Shown here in pieces: positions 1 through 9,407 of a stretch of DNA of 64,000 nucleotides. Where the stretch lies: contig LBYD01000002.1 of the NCBI GenBank assembly GCA_000995965.1, forward strand, positions 71,889 through 135,888. Direction: 5' to 3'. The translations under genes and the position numbers were made by a program. The notes under the pieces were generated by a model, which worked only from the letters and a program-made list of their open reading frames with translations, was not told the DNA's origin and made no database searches. Each line of letters begins with the position of its first letter. Positions within the stretch are counted from its first letter, which is position 1. This stretch comes from Candidatus Moranbacteria bacterium GW2011_GWC2_40_12. GTDB taxonomy: Bacteria; Patescibacteriota; Minisyncoccia; Moranbacterales; UBA11712.

Positions 1-802
1 CCCTCTTTTTAATTTCAGTCTTGGCAAAATTGAGCCCATAAAGCACCTTACTTTTGTCATACAGCTCCGTCTGCGGCGTGTTTATGTATTTGGCCGTTTT
101 CTCATCCCCGCCGGGAGCCACCCGCGCCGCAAACCCAACGACGCGTCCCATGATATCCTGAACCGGGAACACGATTCGATCCCTGAACCTGTCGTAATAT
201 TTCGTGTCCTGCGCCTGGTATTTTGAATTTGGTATTTTCTTTTCAAAACCTTTTTCAACCAATAAGCCGGTTTTTGCAATGTCAGCAACGCTGAAATTTT
301 TCTTTTTCAAAAACTCTAGCAGATTCCTCCAGCCTTCCGGCGCGTACCCCAGGCGGAATTTTTTTATTGTTTCATCCTCAAGACCGCGTCCGCGCAAGTA
401 TCCCAATATTTTTTCCTTCCCTCTCCCTTCCCAAAGATTTTTTTCGTACCATTTCGCCGCCAGTTCCAGAATATTGTACAGCTTCGGCTTCACGCTTTCT
501 TTTTCTTTGTCTCCTTTCTCAAATCTTTTGAGCTCAATTCCCGCTTTTTGGGCCAGCTGCTCAAGCGCTTCCCTGAATTCAAGCCCCTCCATCTCCATCA
601 CGAAAGTGAAAATATCCCCGCCTTTCCCGCAACCGAAACAATGAAAGCTCCGGCGTTCCTCACTCACCATGAATGAAGGCGTTTTTTCATTATGAAAAGG
701 GCAGAGAGCTCTCCAGGCGCTCCCTGCTTTTTGCAGCCGGACATATTCTCCGACCAGATCAACGACACTTATTCTGTTTTTTATATCTTCGACGTCGGAC
801 AT
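1..802 (-). CDS. dnaG: DNA primase DnaG, N-terminal part (3' end of gene lies beyond window start)
   Basis: Reverse-strand ORF from ATG at 800-802 with no stop before position 1. Translation MSDVEDIKNRISVVDLVGEY...CPFHNEKTPSF...FHCFGCG carries the CHC2 zinc finger of primase. The following segment resembles the TOPRIM N-terminal region. The ORF track missed it because it is open-ended. Confidence 0.85.
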   Translation of the reverse strand, partial: MSDVEDIKNRISVVDLVGEYVRLQKAGSAWRALCPFHNEKTPSFMVSEERRSFHCFGCGKGGDIFTFVMEMEGLEFREALEQLAQKAGIELKRFEKGDKEKESVKPKLYNILELAAKWYEKNLWEGRGKEKILGYLRGRGLEDETIKKFRLGYAPEGWRNLLEFLKKKNFSVADIAKTGLLVEKGFEKKIPNSKYQAQDTKYYDRFRDRIVFPVQDIMGRVVGFAARVAPGGDEKTAKYINTPQTELYDKSKVLYGLNFAKTEIKKR

Positions 803-886
803 TGAGTTCGCGTGGCGCACAACGCAAAACCAATAACGCATTAGAAAAATTCCATACATTCTGCGTTCTGCGTTCCAAGTTATACG

Positions 887-1159
887 TTATACGAGGAAAC
901 ACGTTTTCGCTTTGATTCCCTTGAGCTTGTTCAGCTCTTTCGCGAGCGCATCAATTTCCTTGGCCGTTCCCTCCGCCGCGACAACAATCAGTGCCAGACA
1001 ATTTTGAACGCAGTGCCGCTGGACATTCACTCCCAGCCGGGCCATGATGAGCCGGCCATTATTCGTCAGAATCCGGTTGACGCTTGCCGAAAGGCCCTTC
1101 CGGTCGCTCACAAAGATCGTGATGGTCGCAAGATGCATTTTTTTCTTTTTTTCAGGCAT
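887..1159 (-). CDS. small ACT/ferredoxin-like-fold protein (TM1266/NikR C-terminal-like)
   Basis: 90-aa ORF MHLATITIFVSDRKG...NRILTNNGRLIMARLGVNV. The beta-alpha-beta pattern is typical of ACT-like regulators. No database search was possible. Confidence 0.35.
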   Translation of the reverse strand: MPEKKKKMHLATITIFVSDRKGLSASVNRILTNNGRLIMARLGVNVQRHCVQNCLALIVVAAEGTAKEIDALAKELNKLKGIKAKTCFLV

Positions 1160-1236
1160 ACTATCACTCTAAACGATAAGCGAAAAATACTCAAATTTAT
1201 TTCTTTTTTCCAAATTTCCCCGATTTCCCGAATCTC

Positions 1237-1809
1237 CTACCTTCCAAACAACATTTTTTTGAATTCTTTCCGGTATTTCCCGTCAAACCGGACCCGGAGG
1301 AGTGAATTTTTGAGTTCTCCCTCATAAAAATCAGGATCTTCGGAAAGTTTCAGGAATTCTTTGAACTTGATCAGCCTCGTTTCCATTTTTTCTCCCGCGT
1401 CCGGACACGGTTCTTGAATTTTCACGCAATCTCGAGCGACAAAATAATATATCGTCCAAACAATTTTATTATAGGGTTTTATTTCCTTCCAGAGTATCCA
1501 TTCTTTGGAAGCGTATCCGGTTTCTTCCAGAAATTCTCTTTTTGCAGCTTGGATTGGAGACTCTCTTCCATCAACTCTGCCACCAGCTAAAGTATTTTTA
1601 CTTTTCTTCCAATCCGGCTGCTTCTGTCGGAGAATTATTATCCTTTTTCCAACAACTCCAACAATATTCACCGTATCCGGCCGCTTTATTTTTTCAAAAG
1701 TTGCCAGGCTTCCGTCGAACATTTTCTGCTTCCATTGCCAGACGTCGAAAATGACGCCCCTGAAAACACGTTTGGCATTTTTTGGCAGTGTTTTATCAAT
1801 GCTTGGCAT
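1237..1809 (-). CDS. Nudix hydrolase (ADP-ribose pyrophosphatase-like)
   Basis: Nudix box GGRVDGRESPIQAAKREFLEETG. The longer ORF extends to 1863, but that start would overlap the upstream dfx gene. The internal Met at 1807-1809 is the likelier start. Confidence 0.75.
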   Translation of the reverse strand: MPSIDKTLPKNAKRVFRGVIFDVWQWKQKMFDGSLATFEKIKRPDTVNIVGVVGKRIIILRQKQPDWKKSKNTLAGGRVDGRESPIQAAKREFLEETGYASKEWILWKEIKPYNKIVWTIYYFVARDCVKIQEPCPDAGEKMETRLIKFKEFLKLSEDPDFYEGELKNSLLRVRFDGKYRKEFKKMLFGR

Positions 1810-1816
1810 AATAATT

Positions 1817-2194
1817 TTAGCTTTTCCACAATCCGTGCAAGTTGCAGTATTCCCGCGCAACAATATTTTCCGCTTCGACGCAAAATTCCGCTTCGGGAGC
1901 GTCGCCTGGTTTCAGGAATTTTCGATAGACCTTCCCGTCTGCCAAAATCTCAATCCATTCGATATGGTGCTCCGGAATCATTGGGTGAGGAACTGACCCG
2001 ATTTTGACTTTCACGCCTTTTTCCGTTTTCTCAATCACCGGCACATGTTTTTCCGTGAGGCCTTCCTCCTCGGTCTTTTCCGCCAGAAGTTCCATCGGCT
2101 CGCCGCAACAGACAAGTTCGCCGACACCCGTGTGCAAAACTTCCACGATATTCCCGCACTCTGCGCATTTATAAATTTGGTTTAGTTCGGTCAT
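1817..2194 (-). CDS. dfx: desulfoferrodoxin / superoxide reductase (2Fe-SOR)
   Basis: N-terminal desulforedoxin motif [10 protein letters not shown]...CCGEPM, and C-terminal neelaredoxin-type His/Cys ligands ([13 protein letters not shown]...C). Confidence 0.8.
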   Translation of the reverse strand: MTELNQIYKCAECGNIVEVLHTGVGELVCCGEPMELLAEKTEEEGLTEKHVPVIEKTEKGVKVKIGSVPHPMIPEHHIEWIEILADGKVYRKFLKPGDAPEAEFCVEAENIVAREYCNLHGLWKS

Positions 2195-2270
2195 ATATAT
2201 TTTCCTAATTATTATCTTTTATTTTTCTCAATCCTTCAAGGAATAATACTAAATCTGCCCTTAATATGTT

Positions 2271-3440
2271 TCAGCTGGCTCGATTCCGGCGCAACACGAA
2301 ATACAGAAAAAAGAACGCGACGGCCGCGTATCCGGCACTCAAGAAAAACGGGAGAGTTATATTCGCTTCAAAGGCCCATCCGGCAACAATTGGTCCCGAA
2401 ATCATGGAAAGCGACACGATCGAAGACGATATGCCGAGGATTTCTCCTTTTGCTCCGTCCTCCGCTTCGCCAGCGATGCGGCTGACCATAACCGCGCGAA
2501 GAAGGGACTGGCTGAAAGACAGAACAACGACCCCGAGGATGAAAATTAAAAGTAATTTCACGCTTACAATCAAAAATCCGGCGAGGCAGGCGAGAAGGCC
2601 TCCGAGAATAAGGCTGTTCTCTTCAAATTTTTTCAGCCAAAATTTTCGCAGCATGACTGCCTGATTGAACGCAATGATTACGCCCATGCCCGTGAGAAAA
2701 AGACCGGCTTCAAATGCGCCCAGGCCGAATTCGGCGCTGATATAAAGAGCAAATACAGCCTGCAATCCGGACATGGAAGCCAAAAATAGGAACCAGGAAA
2801 TGAAATAGGGCCGAAGTGAAACATTTTGAAAAGCTTTCACGATCGGGCGAAAGGGATTGAGGCTGATTTTGACTTTTCGAAGAACCGCATTTGATTCGGG
2901 AAGAAAGAAAAAAGCAACGATAGCGTTTGCAAGCGCCAAAAATCCCGTGAACCAGAAAGGAAGCGCGTGGGAAATCGAGCTCAAGACGCCTCCGATAAGC
3001 GGACCGACAATGAAGCCGATTCCGATGACCGCCCCAATGAGTCCAATGTTCGCCGTTCGCTCTTTGTCTGTTTTGGAAATATCAACCAAATAGCTTTGCG
3101 CTGTGGAGACGTTCCCCGCGGCCAGTCCGTCAATTATTCTCCCAAGAAAAAGAATCGGCAGAGTCCGCGCGCCCGCGAACACGAACCAGCCGGCTGAAGT
3201 GCTAAGGATACTCGCGATGAAGACCGGCCTTCTCCCGAACCGGTCCGAAAGAGCGCCCAGCACCGGCGCGCTCAAAAAAGAACACAGCGCGAAAATTGAA
3301 AAAAGCAGGGTAATAGTTTTAGGCGTTGCGCCGAAAGACTCGACATAAAAAGGAAGGACCGGCGCCACAACACCGAACCCGACAATATCAACAAAAACCG
3401 CCGCGAGGATTATGAATTTTTCTTTGGAAATTTTTATCAC
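2271..3440 (-). CDS. MFS transporter (DHA1/TetA-like)
   Basis: 12-TM profile with the MFS motif GALSDRFGRRPV after TM2. Length 389 aa. Confidence 0.85.
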   Translation of the reverse strand: MIKISKEKFIILAAVFVDIVGFGVVAPVLPFYVESFGATPKTITLLFSIFALCSFLSAPVLGALSDRFGRRPVFIASILSTSAGWFVFAGARTLPILFLGRIIDGLAAGNVSTAQSYLVDISKTDKERTANIGLIGAVIGIGFIVGPLIGGVLSSISHALPFWFTGFLALANAIVAFFFLPESNAVLRKVKISLNPFRPIVKAFQNVSLRPYFISWFLFLASMSGLQAVFALYISAEFGLGAFEAGLFLTGMGVIIAFNQAVMLRKFWLKKFEENSLILGGLLACLAGFLIVSVKLLLIFILGVVVLSFSQSLLRAVMVSRIAGEAEDGAKGEILGISSSIVSLSMISGPIVAGWAFEANITLPFFLSAGYAAVAFFFLYFVLRRNRAS

Positions 3441-3500
3441 GTTTTGTAATTTTCTTTCCCCGTATTATTTTTCATTTTATAAAAGCTAAAAAAATTTCTT

Positions 3501-4178
3501 CTATTCCAGTCCCCCGATCTCCCTTTCCAGCTTCTTGAGAAAATTTTCTGAAAATTTCATGCGCTTTCGAGCGATTTCCTTCGTTTTTTTTGTGTAAAGC
3601 GATTTCAGAATGTGTTTACCCTTCGTTTCCCATGAGAGTTGGGGGCTGTGTTTGGTTTTGTCCCTGAGACGCCCTTTGAGACTGCCTCCCAAATTTTCTT
3701 GGGCGTATTTCTCGATGTCCATTTTTCGGAAAATGTGAGCGTTGTTTTTTCCCACCCAAACGAATTGTCTCGCAATTCCGATTGCCCCGATCGTATCCAA
3801 TTTATCGGAATCGAATACGATTTGCGCTTCTTTAGTTTTTGGCTTGTTTTCGGTCCGGTAGCGATGCGTTATGATGCAGTCGCAAATATGCCGAATTTTC
3901 TCTTCCGAAAATCCCAGTTTTTGAAGAAACGGCCCGGCGATCTTCGCGCTTTCAATCGCGTGATCAAATTTGCCCGACTTGCTTTTCATTTCCTTGGACC
4001 CGCCGATGTCGTGGAGCAGAATCGCAATCTTCACTACTTCAAGATCAATTTTCTCGTCTTTCGAAATTTTCAGCGCGTTATTATACACCCGGTTCACGTG
4101 ATCCATATTATGAGCCGAGCATTTATCCCGCGCCATATACCCCTCGGCGAATTTTTTGATTTTTCCAAGCTTGTTCAT
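3501..4178 (-). CDS. HD-domain phosphohydrolase
   Basis: H...HD motif (ILLHDIGG) and a later D (VFDSDKLD), typical of the HD superfamily. Confidence 0.7.
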   Translation of the reverse strand: MNKLGKIKKFAEGYMARDKCSAHNMDHVNRVYNNALKISKDEKIDLEVVKIAILLHDIGGSKEMKSKSGKFDHAIESAKIAGPFLQKLGFSEEKIRHICDCIITHRYRTENKPKTKEAQIVFDSDKLDTIGAIGIARQFVWVGKNNAHIFRKMDIEKYAQENLGGSLKGRLRDKTKHSPQLSWETKGKHILKSLYTKKTKEIARKRMKFSENFLKKLEREIGGLE

Positions 4179-4223
4179 AAATTATATTCTCACCGAAGCC
4201 ATTCAAGGTCTCACCTCGAATGG

Positions 4224-4994
4224 CTACAGGCTTTCGATCACCTTTTTAAATTTCAGAACTTTTTCCCTGTCATTCCTGTCGAAAAGAAACGGTTCGACAT
4301 CGCGCGCCAAAATCTGAAAATCCAATCCCTCGCATTTTTGCAAAAGTTTTTTCTTGAGTGCCGGAATTGTCGCGATGCCGGTTTTTGCTTTGAGATATTT
4401 GAAATTGGGCTTTGTTTTAGAAAGCAGAAAAACAACGTCGAAAAAATCCCTTCCCAAGCTGCGTTTTCGGTTGAAGATCGCGAAAATTTTCTGGCTCAAA
4501 ATGACATCCGGCGGAGTCACCCTGATTTCGCGAAAAACGTCGAACTTATTGAGAAGATGTATGTCCGGCTCGTATTTCATTCCATGCGCGGCAGTGTCAA
4601 TCTGGATCAATATTTTTTCTTCTTTCGCGACAGCCAACCCATACTTTTGCAGAATTTCAGGAAATCTCACATAGCAGCGGAAAGCGCCTTTGGAAACAAT
4701 TCTCGTCTCGACCAAAAACCCTTCTTCTTCGAGTTCCTTTTTGACGCTGGAAGCGATGGCTGAAAATTCCGGCAATTTCAGCCCGAAGTTGTCAAAATCA
4801 AGATCTTCCGAAAACCGGGTGTTATTGTGCACGATGCGAAGCACCGTTCCGCCCAAAAAGGAAAGTTTTCTGCCGAGTTTGTGGCGAAATACGATGCCCA
4901 GAATCTTGTATTGCAGATATTCCTTATACAAGAACCTGGGAACGCCCCGCAATTCCGGGGGATATTCTTCGAGAATGTTTTTGATGTCAAGCAT
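4224..4994 (-). CDS. nucleotidyltransferase AbiEii/AbiGii-family toxin (type IV TA)
   Basis: N-terminal FLGGTVL...SEDLDFD nucleotidyltransferase motif. Length 256 aa. An 8-nt overlap with the upstream AbiEi-like gene suggests translational coupling. Confidence 0.7.
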   Translation of the reverse strand: MLDIKNILEEYPPELRGVPRFLYKEYLQYKILGIVFRHKLGRKLSFLGGTVLRIVHNNTRFSEDLDFDNFGLKLPEFSAIASSVKKELEEEGFLVETRIVSKGAFRCYVRFPEILQKYGLAVAKEEKILIQIDTAAHGMKYEPDIHLLNKFDVFREIRVTPPDVILSQKIFAIFNRKRSLGRDFFDVVFLLSKTKPNFKYLKAKTGIATIPALKKKLLQKCEGLDFQILARDVEPFLFDRNDREKVLKFKKVIESL

Positions 4995-5610
4995 ACACCC
5001 TTCTTAAGATGTTAATCTTTTTCTTCAACTGCCAGGAATTCGCAATAGTGAGATATTTCGCCATTTTTTGGCTTTTCAATATTTTTTTTATGATTTCGCG
5101 GTTGAGACGCATCTCGCGGAAGTCATCTGCCGTTTTGAGATCCTCTCGCAGATACAGAAAATCCAGAATGGCTTTTTCCGGATCGGCGATGAGAAATGAA
5201 TATTCTTTCGCCTTTGCCAGAGAATAACCGAAGAATAATTCTTTTTTGACCTTCTTATAGAGAAAATTCGTCGCGACTGCGTTGAGGTGCGCGCTCACGG
5301 TGCGCGTTTTGAGAGTTGAAACGGAAAGAATGCTGAAAACTCCTTCCGGAATAAGGCCGTGATAGGAAAGAGCGGTTTCGAGGCTCACATAGGAGGGCTC
5401 GTGGATTTTGTTGGCGATGAAGAAAAGTTTTCGCTCGTCAAGAGGCTGATCCGCGAAAATATAGAAATTACTGGCAATCTTCTTGAGGTATCCTTTCCCC
5501 TGCCATTCGCTGATTCGGCGCCGGTCGAATTTCGGGAACACGGTGAAGACGTCCCGCATGTCCACGAGAGGAAAACCGCCGAATTGCTTCTGAAAATTCA
5601 GGTAATTCAT
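4987..5610 (-). CDS. AbiEi-family antitoxin-like protein
   Basis: 207-aa protein immediately upstream of the AbiEii-like gene, overlapping it by 8 nt. The size and arrangement are those of AbiEi/AbiEii operons. Confidence 0.55.
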   Translation of the reverse strand: MNYLNFQKQFGGFPLVDMRDVFTVFPKFDRRRISEWQGKGYLKKIASNFYIFADQPLDERKLFFIANKIHEPSYVSLETALSYHGLIPEGVFSILSVSTLKTRTVSAHLNAVATNFLYKKVKKELFFGYSLAKAKEYSFLIADPEKAILDFLYLREDLKTADDFREMRLNREIIKKILKSQKMAKYLTIANSWQLKKKINILRRVYA

Positions 5611-5947
5611 AATTCCATATTATGTTATTTTTAACATATATTGGAATTATATCACCTTGTCGGCCTTTTGTCAAACTCCGCGTGCCGCCGCAAAATCCAG
5701 CCCTATTTCCCCGCCGCGGGGAGATTTATCCCGTACCACAGAAAGAAGTTTGCAGTATCCGACAGAGATTACAATTTTGCGTTTTTTATCCATCACCCTA
5801 CAGACTCATGCTACATTTCCTGTGGTATAAGACGAACCAATGCCACCGTTCCGATTAGTAAAAGATGATTTTACATGAGTTCATTAAGTTTATCTAATGT
5901 TTGTCTAAAAGTTTATCTAAAATATTCACACAAACAGTGACTTTTAG

Positions 5948-7633
5948 CTAAACTTTGCTCCATTTAGGGTATCTGGTTGTTCCCGTATTTACAATAGTTC
6001 TATCCTTTTTTGACATAGCATAGACGATATTCCTTATCTTATTCTTCTTCTGTTGTTCGTCTAAAATTCTAGGTAGTATATCTACAATTAATTTTTCGAT
6101 ATCATTTTTTGACGCTGTCTTATATTTTTCCAAATATTCAAGAATCATTTTTTTGTAATGATCGTCTTTAAATCCCCTCATCTTAATGTATTCACTTTTC
6201 TCTCCAGTTCGAGAAGCAACCATTGAAGAAATGTACAAATTAGGACTCCGCCCCTCAATTAGTCCGCGATTCCTAAGTTTTTTGTTTTCAATCGAGGAAA
6301 GTTCCTTTCTTTTTTGAACCTTGTCTAAAGCTATTATAGTTTTCAGGTCCAGATCTGGAATCTGGACAAGTTTTCTTGCATATTTGACATCTAGGACTTT
6401 TCCAATAATTACAAGCTTCACTTTATTTCCGGTCAAATCATATTCAGGGAGAGGGAAGAATCTATTTTTCTGAGATATAAACATCTTCTTTATCCCGCTC
6501 CCTATTGTATCAATCATATTTACATTAACCATCGCATCTGTGAGAAATTTATTTCTATAATACTCAGACGGGGAATCAGATTCTATTACATTCTCAATAG
6601 TCCCTGGAATAAAAGATCCGAGATTTGAAAAAACTAGATTATCATCTTCGTTTTCTACAACATTTATTTTTCCGCCTAATTCATAATCTTGGTGCGCAAT
6701 ACAATTATTGATAGCTTCTCGAATGGTTGCCGGATCATATCTATCAATTTCATCCGGGAATAGTGTTCTGTCGGAAATATACCTATAGCGCAAGTTTCTG
6801 ATTTTCTTATAAACATTGTCTACAGCTAAAATTAGAGGACAGCTGAAATGTTCATAATCTTTCTCAACTCCGTCTTTATTCTTTAAGATCCATGATATTT
6901 TTGCATTTGCGGGATTAATGAAGTGTTCTGATTCTGATTTTCCTAACAACACAATAGCAGTTCTGGTTATTTCGCTGTTTATTGTAATTTTTGCCTTATT
7001 CAAGAAAATTTCGTCACTCCAATTTCCAATTTCTTTTCCTGCAAGTTTAGGATTTTTGCGAGAGAAACCCTCTCTTGCTTTTTGAATCGCGATGGGATCT
7101 AAATCTTTAATTTTTGCGCCGTCACAAATTTGTGAACTCCAATCTTCTAATTTTGCCTGCGATCGAATCCTTTCTATTTTTTCGATACTTAATGGAACAA
7201 GACTTTCATTGTCTCTTGCATAATAGTGTCCCTGCCAAGCAGTCGGTATTCCTCTTGGCGCTGGTGGAATTTCAAAAATAATGACCCTCTTTCCATTTTT
7301 CTTAGCCTCATAAATTTCCACAAAAAAAATTCCGTTTATGGTTTGCTGAGCTATTTCATGTTTCAGGCTATTTAATTTAGAAAGATCCTTTCTATAGCTA
7401 GTTCCAATAATTTGCTTGTTGTTTTTGATACCAAAAATAAGCCAAGCAGAGTTTTTATTTTTTAAATTTGTCTCATTGCTAAGTGCGCTAAAGCATTTAC
7501 CAAGCTCCTTGAAATCAAAATTGGTTTTTGCTTCTTTCCATTCGACTACCTCATTTTCAGCCGGAAGAGAAAGAAGTAAATCGAGCTGTTTGATTATATT
7601 TTTCATAAAATATAGTTTATCTTTTCCTAACAT
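5948..7633 (-). CDS. AlbA_2 (Schlafen-like) domain + HATPase_c_4 ATP-binding protein (often annotated as putative transcriptional regulator / RecG-C-like)
   Basis: 561 aa. The N-terminal region has the divergent AAA/AlbA_2 signature. The central segment CIAHQDYELGGKINVV...NLGSFIPG resembles the HATPase_c_4 fold. Confidence 0.55.
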   Translation of the reverse strand: MLGKDKLYFMKNIIKQLDLLLSLPAENEVVEWKEAKTNFDFKELGKCFSALSNETNLKNKNSAWLIFGIKNNKQIIGTSYRKDLSKLNSLKHEIAQQTINGIFFVEIYEAKKNGKRVIIFEIPPAPRGIPTAWQGHYYARDNESLVPLSIEKIERIRSQAKLEDWSSQICDGAKIKDLDPIAIQKAREGFSRKNPKLAGKEIGNWSDEIFLNKAKITINSEITRTAIVLLGKSESEHFINPANAKISWILKNKDGVEKDYEHFSCPLILAVDNVYKKIRNLRYRYISDRTLFPDEIDRYDPATIREAINNCIAHQDYELGGKINVVENEDDNLVFSNLGSFIPGTIENVIESDSPSEYYRNKFLTDAMVNVNMIDTIGSGIKKMFISQKNRFFPLPEYDLTGNKVKLVIIGKVLDVKYARKLVQIPDLDLKTIIALDKVQKRKELSSIENKKLRNRGLIEGRSPNLYISSMVASRTGEKSEYIKMRGFKDDHYKKMILEYLEKYKTASKNDIEKLIVDILPRILDEQQKKNKIRNIVYAMSKKDRTIVNTGTTRYPKWSKV

Positions 7634-8237
7634 TCAATGTTTGGAAAATTCATTTTAATTAAATCCACCGCTTTTATTGCATTGTCTTTGACGCTATCCA
7701 GTCCATCCAGCACCAAATCCGCCTTATTTTTATGTTTATTATTTTTCGCTTGGTCTCTTGCTTCAACTTCATCCCAATTTTCCAGGACAAATGTCTTCCA
7801 AAAATAATCCGTGCGTCCTCTCTCCGTGATTCTTCTCTTCCTTTCCTCTTCGTCCAGAGTAATTAATATTCGTAGATCAGCAGAGGGATAGGGATAAGTC
7901 GTGTCCATGATGTTCATCTGCCTCATCGTGAATTTTTTGTCGCTGCCGTCAACGCTCAAGCGGACAAATTTATCATAATCAAAGAGTGGCGTGGCAACTT
8001 CTTCTCCTAACGGACGGCTCATGATCTTTTCAATCAATTCCCAATCGTAATTGTCGCAAGTGAAATAGTCGAGAAAAAAACATCCGCGTGCTTTGATTTC
8101 AAATAATGGTCTCCGGGAATTTTCCCGCAATTTTCTACGCCCATTTTTTCAATCAGCGCGTTTCGCAAAGTCGATTTCCCCACCGCCGGAAGGCCAAAGA
8201 TATTTATCAATAATTTAGTGTCCGATTTTTTCTTCAC
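7627..8237 (-). pseudogene. P-loop kinase/NTPase gene interrupted by a frameshift at an A7 homopolymer
   Basis: An ORF from 8237 (GTG start) carries Walker A FGLPAVGKSTL and ends at 8034. The rest of the protein continues in the +1 frame to 7627. The frames switch at the A7 run at 8074-8080, visible as GAGAAAAAAACATCC on the given strand. Confidence 0.5.
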
Positions 8238-8281
8238 TGGATTATTTGTCCTGCCCTAATGCTTAATTCAGAAAAGTGTTT

Positions 8282-8319
8282 GGCGTTCCGGTCAATGAAA
8301 GACCGGAACGCCCCTTTTT
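8282..8319. terminator. GC-rich hairpin (12-bp stem) with T-run, terminator-like
   Basis: GGCGTTCCGGTC-aatgaaa-GACCGGAACGCC followed by CCTTTTTC on the plus strand. It lies just downstream of the small minus-strand ORF at 8332-8496. Confidence 0.4.
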
Positions 8320-8331
8320 CATGGTCTCGAC

Positions 8332-8496
8332 TTAACGGTAAATCCTGCTCTTGTCTGGCTCGCACACATTGCAGACATCAATTTCTGCTTTGAGGCGAGA
8401 TCCGCTAAGGCTCCCTCCGCATTTGCTGCACGTCTTCCCCTTCTTATGGGTTTTAGTCCCCTTATCCTGCTTCGGCCTCCTTCCACGTCTTGCCAA
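8332..8496 (-). CDS. small basic zinc-ribbon protein (54 aa), TTG start
   Basis: SD AGGAGG sits 7 nt upstream of TTG (8494-8496). Translation MARRGRRPKQDKGTKTHKKGKTCSKCGG...VCNVCEPDKSRIYR has two CxxC pairs and a lysine/arginine-rich N-terminus. It is followed by the hairpin at 8282-8312. It is absent from the ORF track. Confidence 0.4.
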   Translation of the reverse strand: MARRGRRPKQDKGTKTHKKGKTCSKCGGSLSGSRLKAEIDVCNVCEPDKSRIYR

Positions 8497-8647
8497 AAAC
8501 CGGCCTCCTCTGCTGTTTTCCTGGGGTTAATATTTTGAGGAACTACATCAAATTTTCACTACTTTTATACTACACAATCCCGAGAGGATTGCCAATAAAA
8601 ATGACTAGGATAGACCTAGGCATTTCGAAAATACTGGGTTTTTATTT

Positions 8648-9400
8648 TTAACCGAAGAAAACCAACTTTATCCCGAAAATTATTGCGACGATGATAAACA
8701 CCGCCCGGACCCATTTGTCTCCTTTTTTGATTGCGATATGAGCGCCAAGATATCCGCCGATCAGGGACCCAGCGATAAAGATAATGCCATAGTAATAATT
8801 TATCAAGTGGTGGAAAGCAAATATAATGACCGAAAACAAGACATTGAAAAAAACAGCCACTTTGTCAGTCGCGTTAGCCTGAATGTATGTAAATCCAAGA
8901 ATCATAACAAAGAGATAAGCAACCAATATCCCTCCGCCCATTCCCAGAAAACCGTCATAAACTGACAAGAAAAAATATAGTATCATTCCTAGAAATAGCA
9001 TTTTGGATTGTGCCCGATTTTTTTCCAAAATTCCGATATCTTTTTTCCACAAAACGATTGGAAGAAGAGCCAGAATAACCAGTCCGATTACTTTCAAAAG
9101 CAACGCTTTGTCGATATCGACCAGCAAATTCGCACCGATAACCCCTCCGATAGTGCTAACAATCACCAGAGGAATAACGTATCTATAGACAATCTTTCCG
9201 GACCGAAAAAATTTTACCAGGGTTCCGGTAACTCCTCCCAGGGTTCCGAGCCTATTCGTCGCCACCGCAACATCCGGTGAAAGCCCGAGAAAAATAAAAA
9301 TGGGAATAGAAAGCAGTCCTCCGCCGCCGGAAGTCACCCCGCCAATGAAACTCGCGACAATTCCCGTAAGGAATACGGCTATGGCAATTACAATACTCAT
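8648..9400 (-). CDS. TauE/SafE (DUF81) family sulfite-exporter-like membrane protein
   Basis: 250 aa, about 8 TM segments with the internal duplication and Gly-rich helices typical of TauE/SafE. Confidence 0.75.
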   Translation of the reverse strand: MSIVIAIAVFLTGIVASFIGGVTSGGGGLLSIPIFIFLGLSPDVAVATNRLGTLGGVTGTLVKFFRSGKIVYRYVIPLVIVSTIGGVIGANLLVDIDKALLLKVIGLVILALLPIVLWKKDIGILEKNRAQSKMLFLGMILYFFLSVYDGFLGMGGGILVAYLFVMILGFTYIQANATDKVAVFFNVLFSVIIFAFHHLINYYYGIIFIAGSLIGGYLGAHIAIKKGDKWVRAVFIIVAIIFGIKLVFFG

Positions 9401-9407
9401 AAATTAT

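Noticed and set aside
204-644. 146-aa plus-strand ORF (and 82-288 minus ORF) at the window start
   Set aside because: It lies antisense to, or out of frame within, the clearly recognisable dnaG coding sequence (CHC2 zinc finger on the minus strand). Low-complexity translation.
3639-4763. 374-aa plus-strand ORF
   Set aside because: Shadow ORF antisense to the HD-hydrolase and AbiEii genes. No motifs, and a Phe/Leu-rich translation typical of the reverse strand of AT-rich genes.
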